Assembly: GCA_012295275.1 (NCBI GenBank)
Contig: CM022673.1
Span: forward strand, 5,580,001-5,644,000
DNA length: 64,000 nt
Reading direction: 5' to 3'
Source: Chrysomallon squamiferum
Lineage: Eukaryota > Animalia > Mollusca
This document shows positions 63,893-64,000 of the stretch, piece after piece. Numbering within the stretch: the stretch's first letter is position 1; every line of letters starts with the position of its first letter. The notes beneath the pieces are model-generated. The model searched no databases. It was not told the DNA's origin and saw only the letters and a list, made by a program, of their open reading frames with translations. A program made the translations under genes and the position numbers.

Positions 63893-64000
63893 GTATGGAA
63901 TTTATAGTAAAAATTAAATTACGTATTTATAATCGTTAAATAATTGAATTAATTATAGTTGTTAAATACATACTGATAAAATTTTAATAATTTATTTTAA

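Overview
AT-rich, microsatellite-laden, intron-rich animal genomic DNA, probably an invertebrate (lophotrochozoan- or mollusc-like by impression only). No prokaryotic, CRISPR or rRNA features. Reading splice junctions by hand gives, in order: (1) the 5' end of one GH35 beta-galactosidase (GLB1-like) gene and a complete 17-exon tandem paralogue, both on the minus strand; (2) a 21-coding-exon Tousled-like kinase on the plus strand, with two apparent frameshifts; (3) a 3-exon alpha-tubulin on the minus strand with Gln at position 40; (4) a membrane-anchored DUF4773-like gene (minus) head-to-head with (5) a METTL2/METTL8-type tRNA m3C methyltransferase (plus); (6) a possible first exon of another gene at the right edge. 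The best lead is the methyltransferase: it has two homologous, same-phase alternative first coding exons, one cytosolic-type and one with a mitochondrial-presequence-like N-terminus. Other leads are a remodelled GH35 sugar pocket, minisatellites built from splice-site copies, and twin CLEAR/M-box motifs conserved in both galactosidase promoters. Most short ORFs in the supplied track are low-complexity noise. All homology calls are from remembered family motifs, not from database searches.
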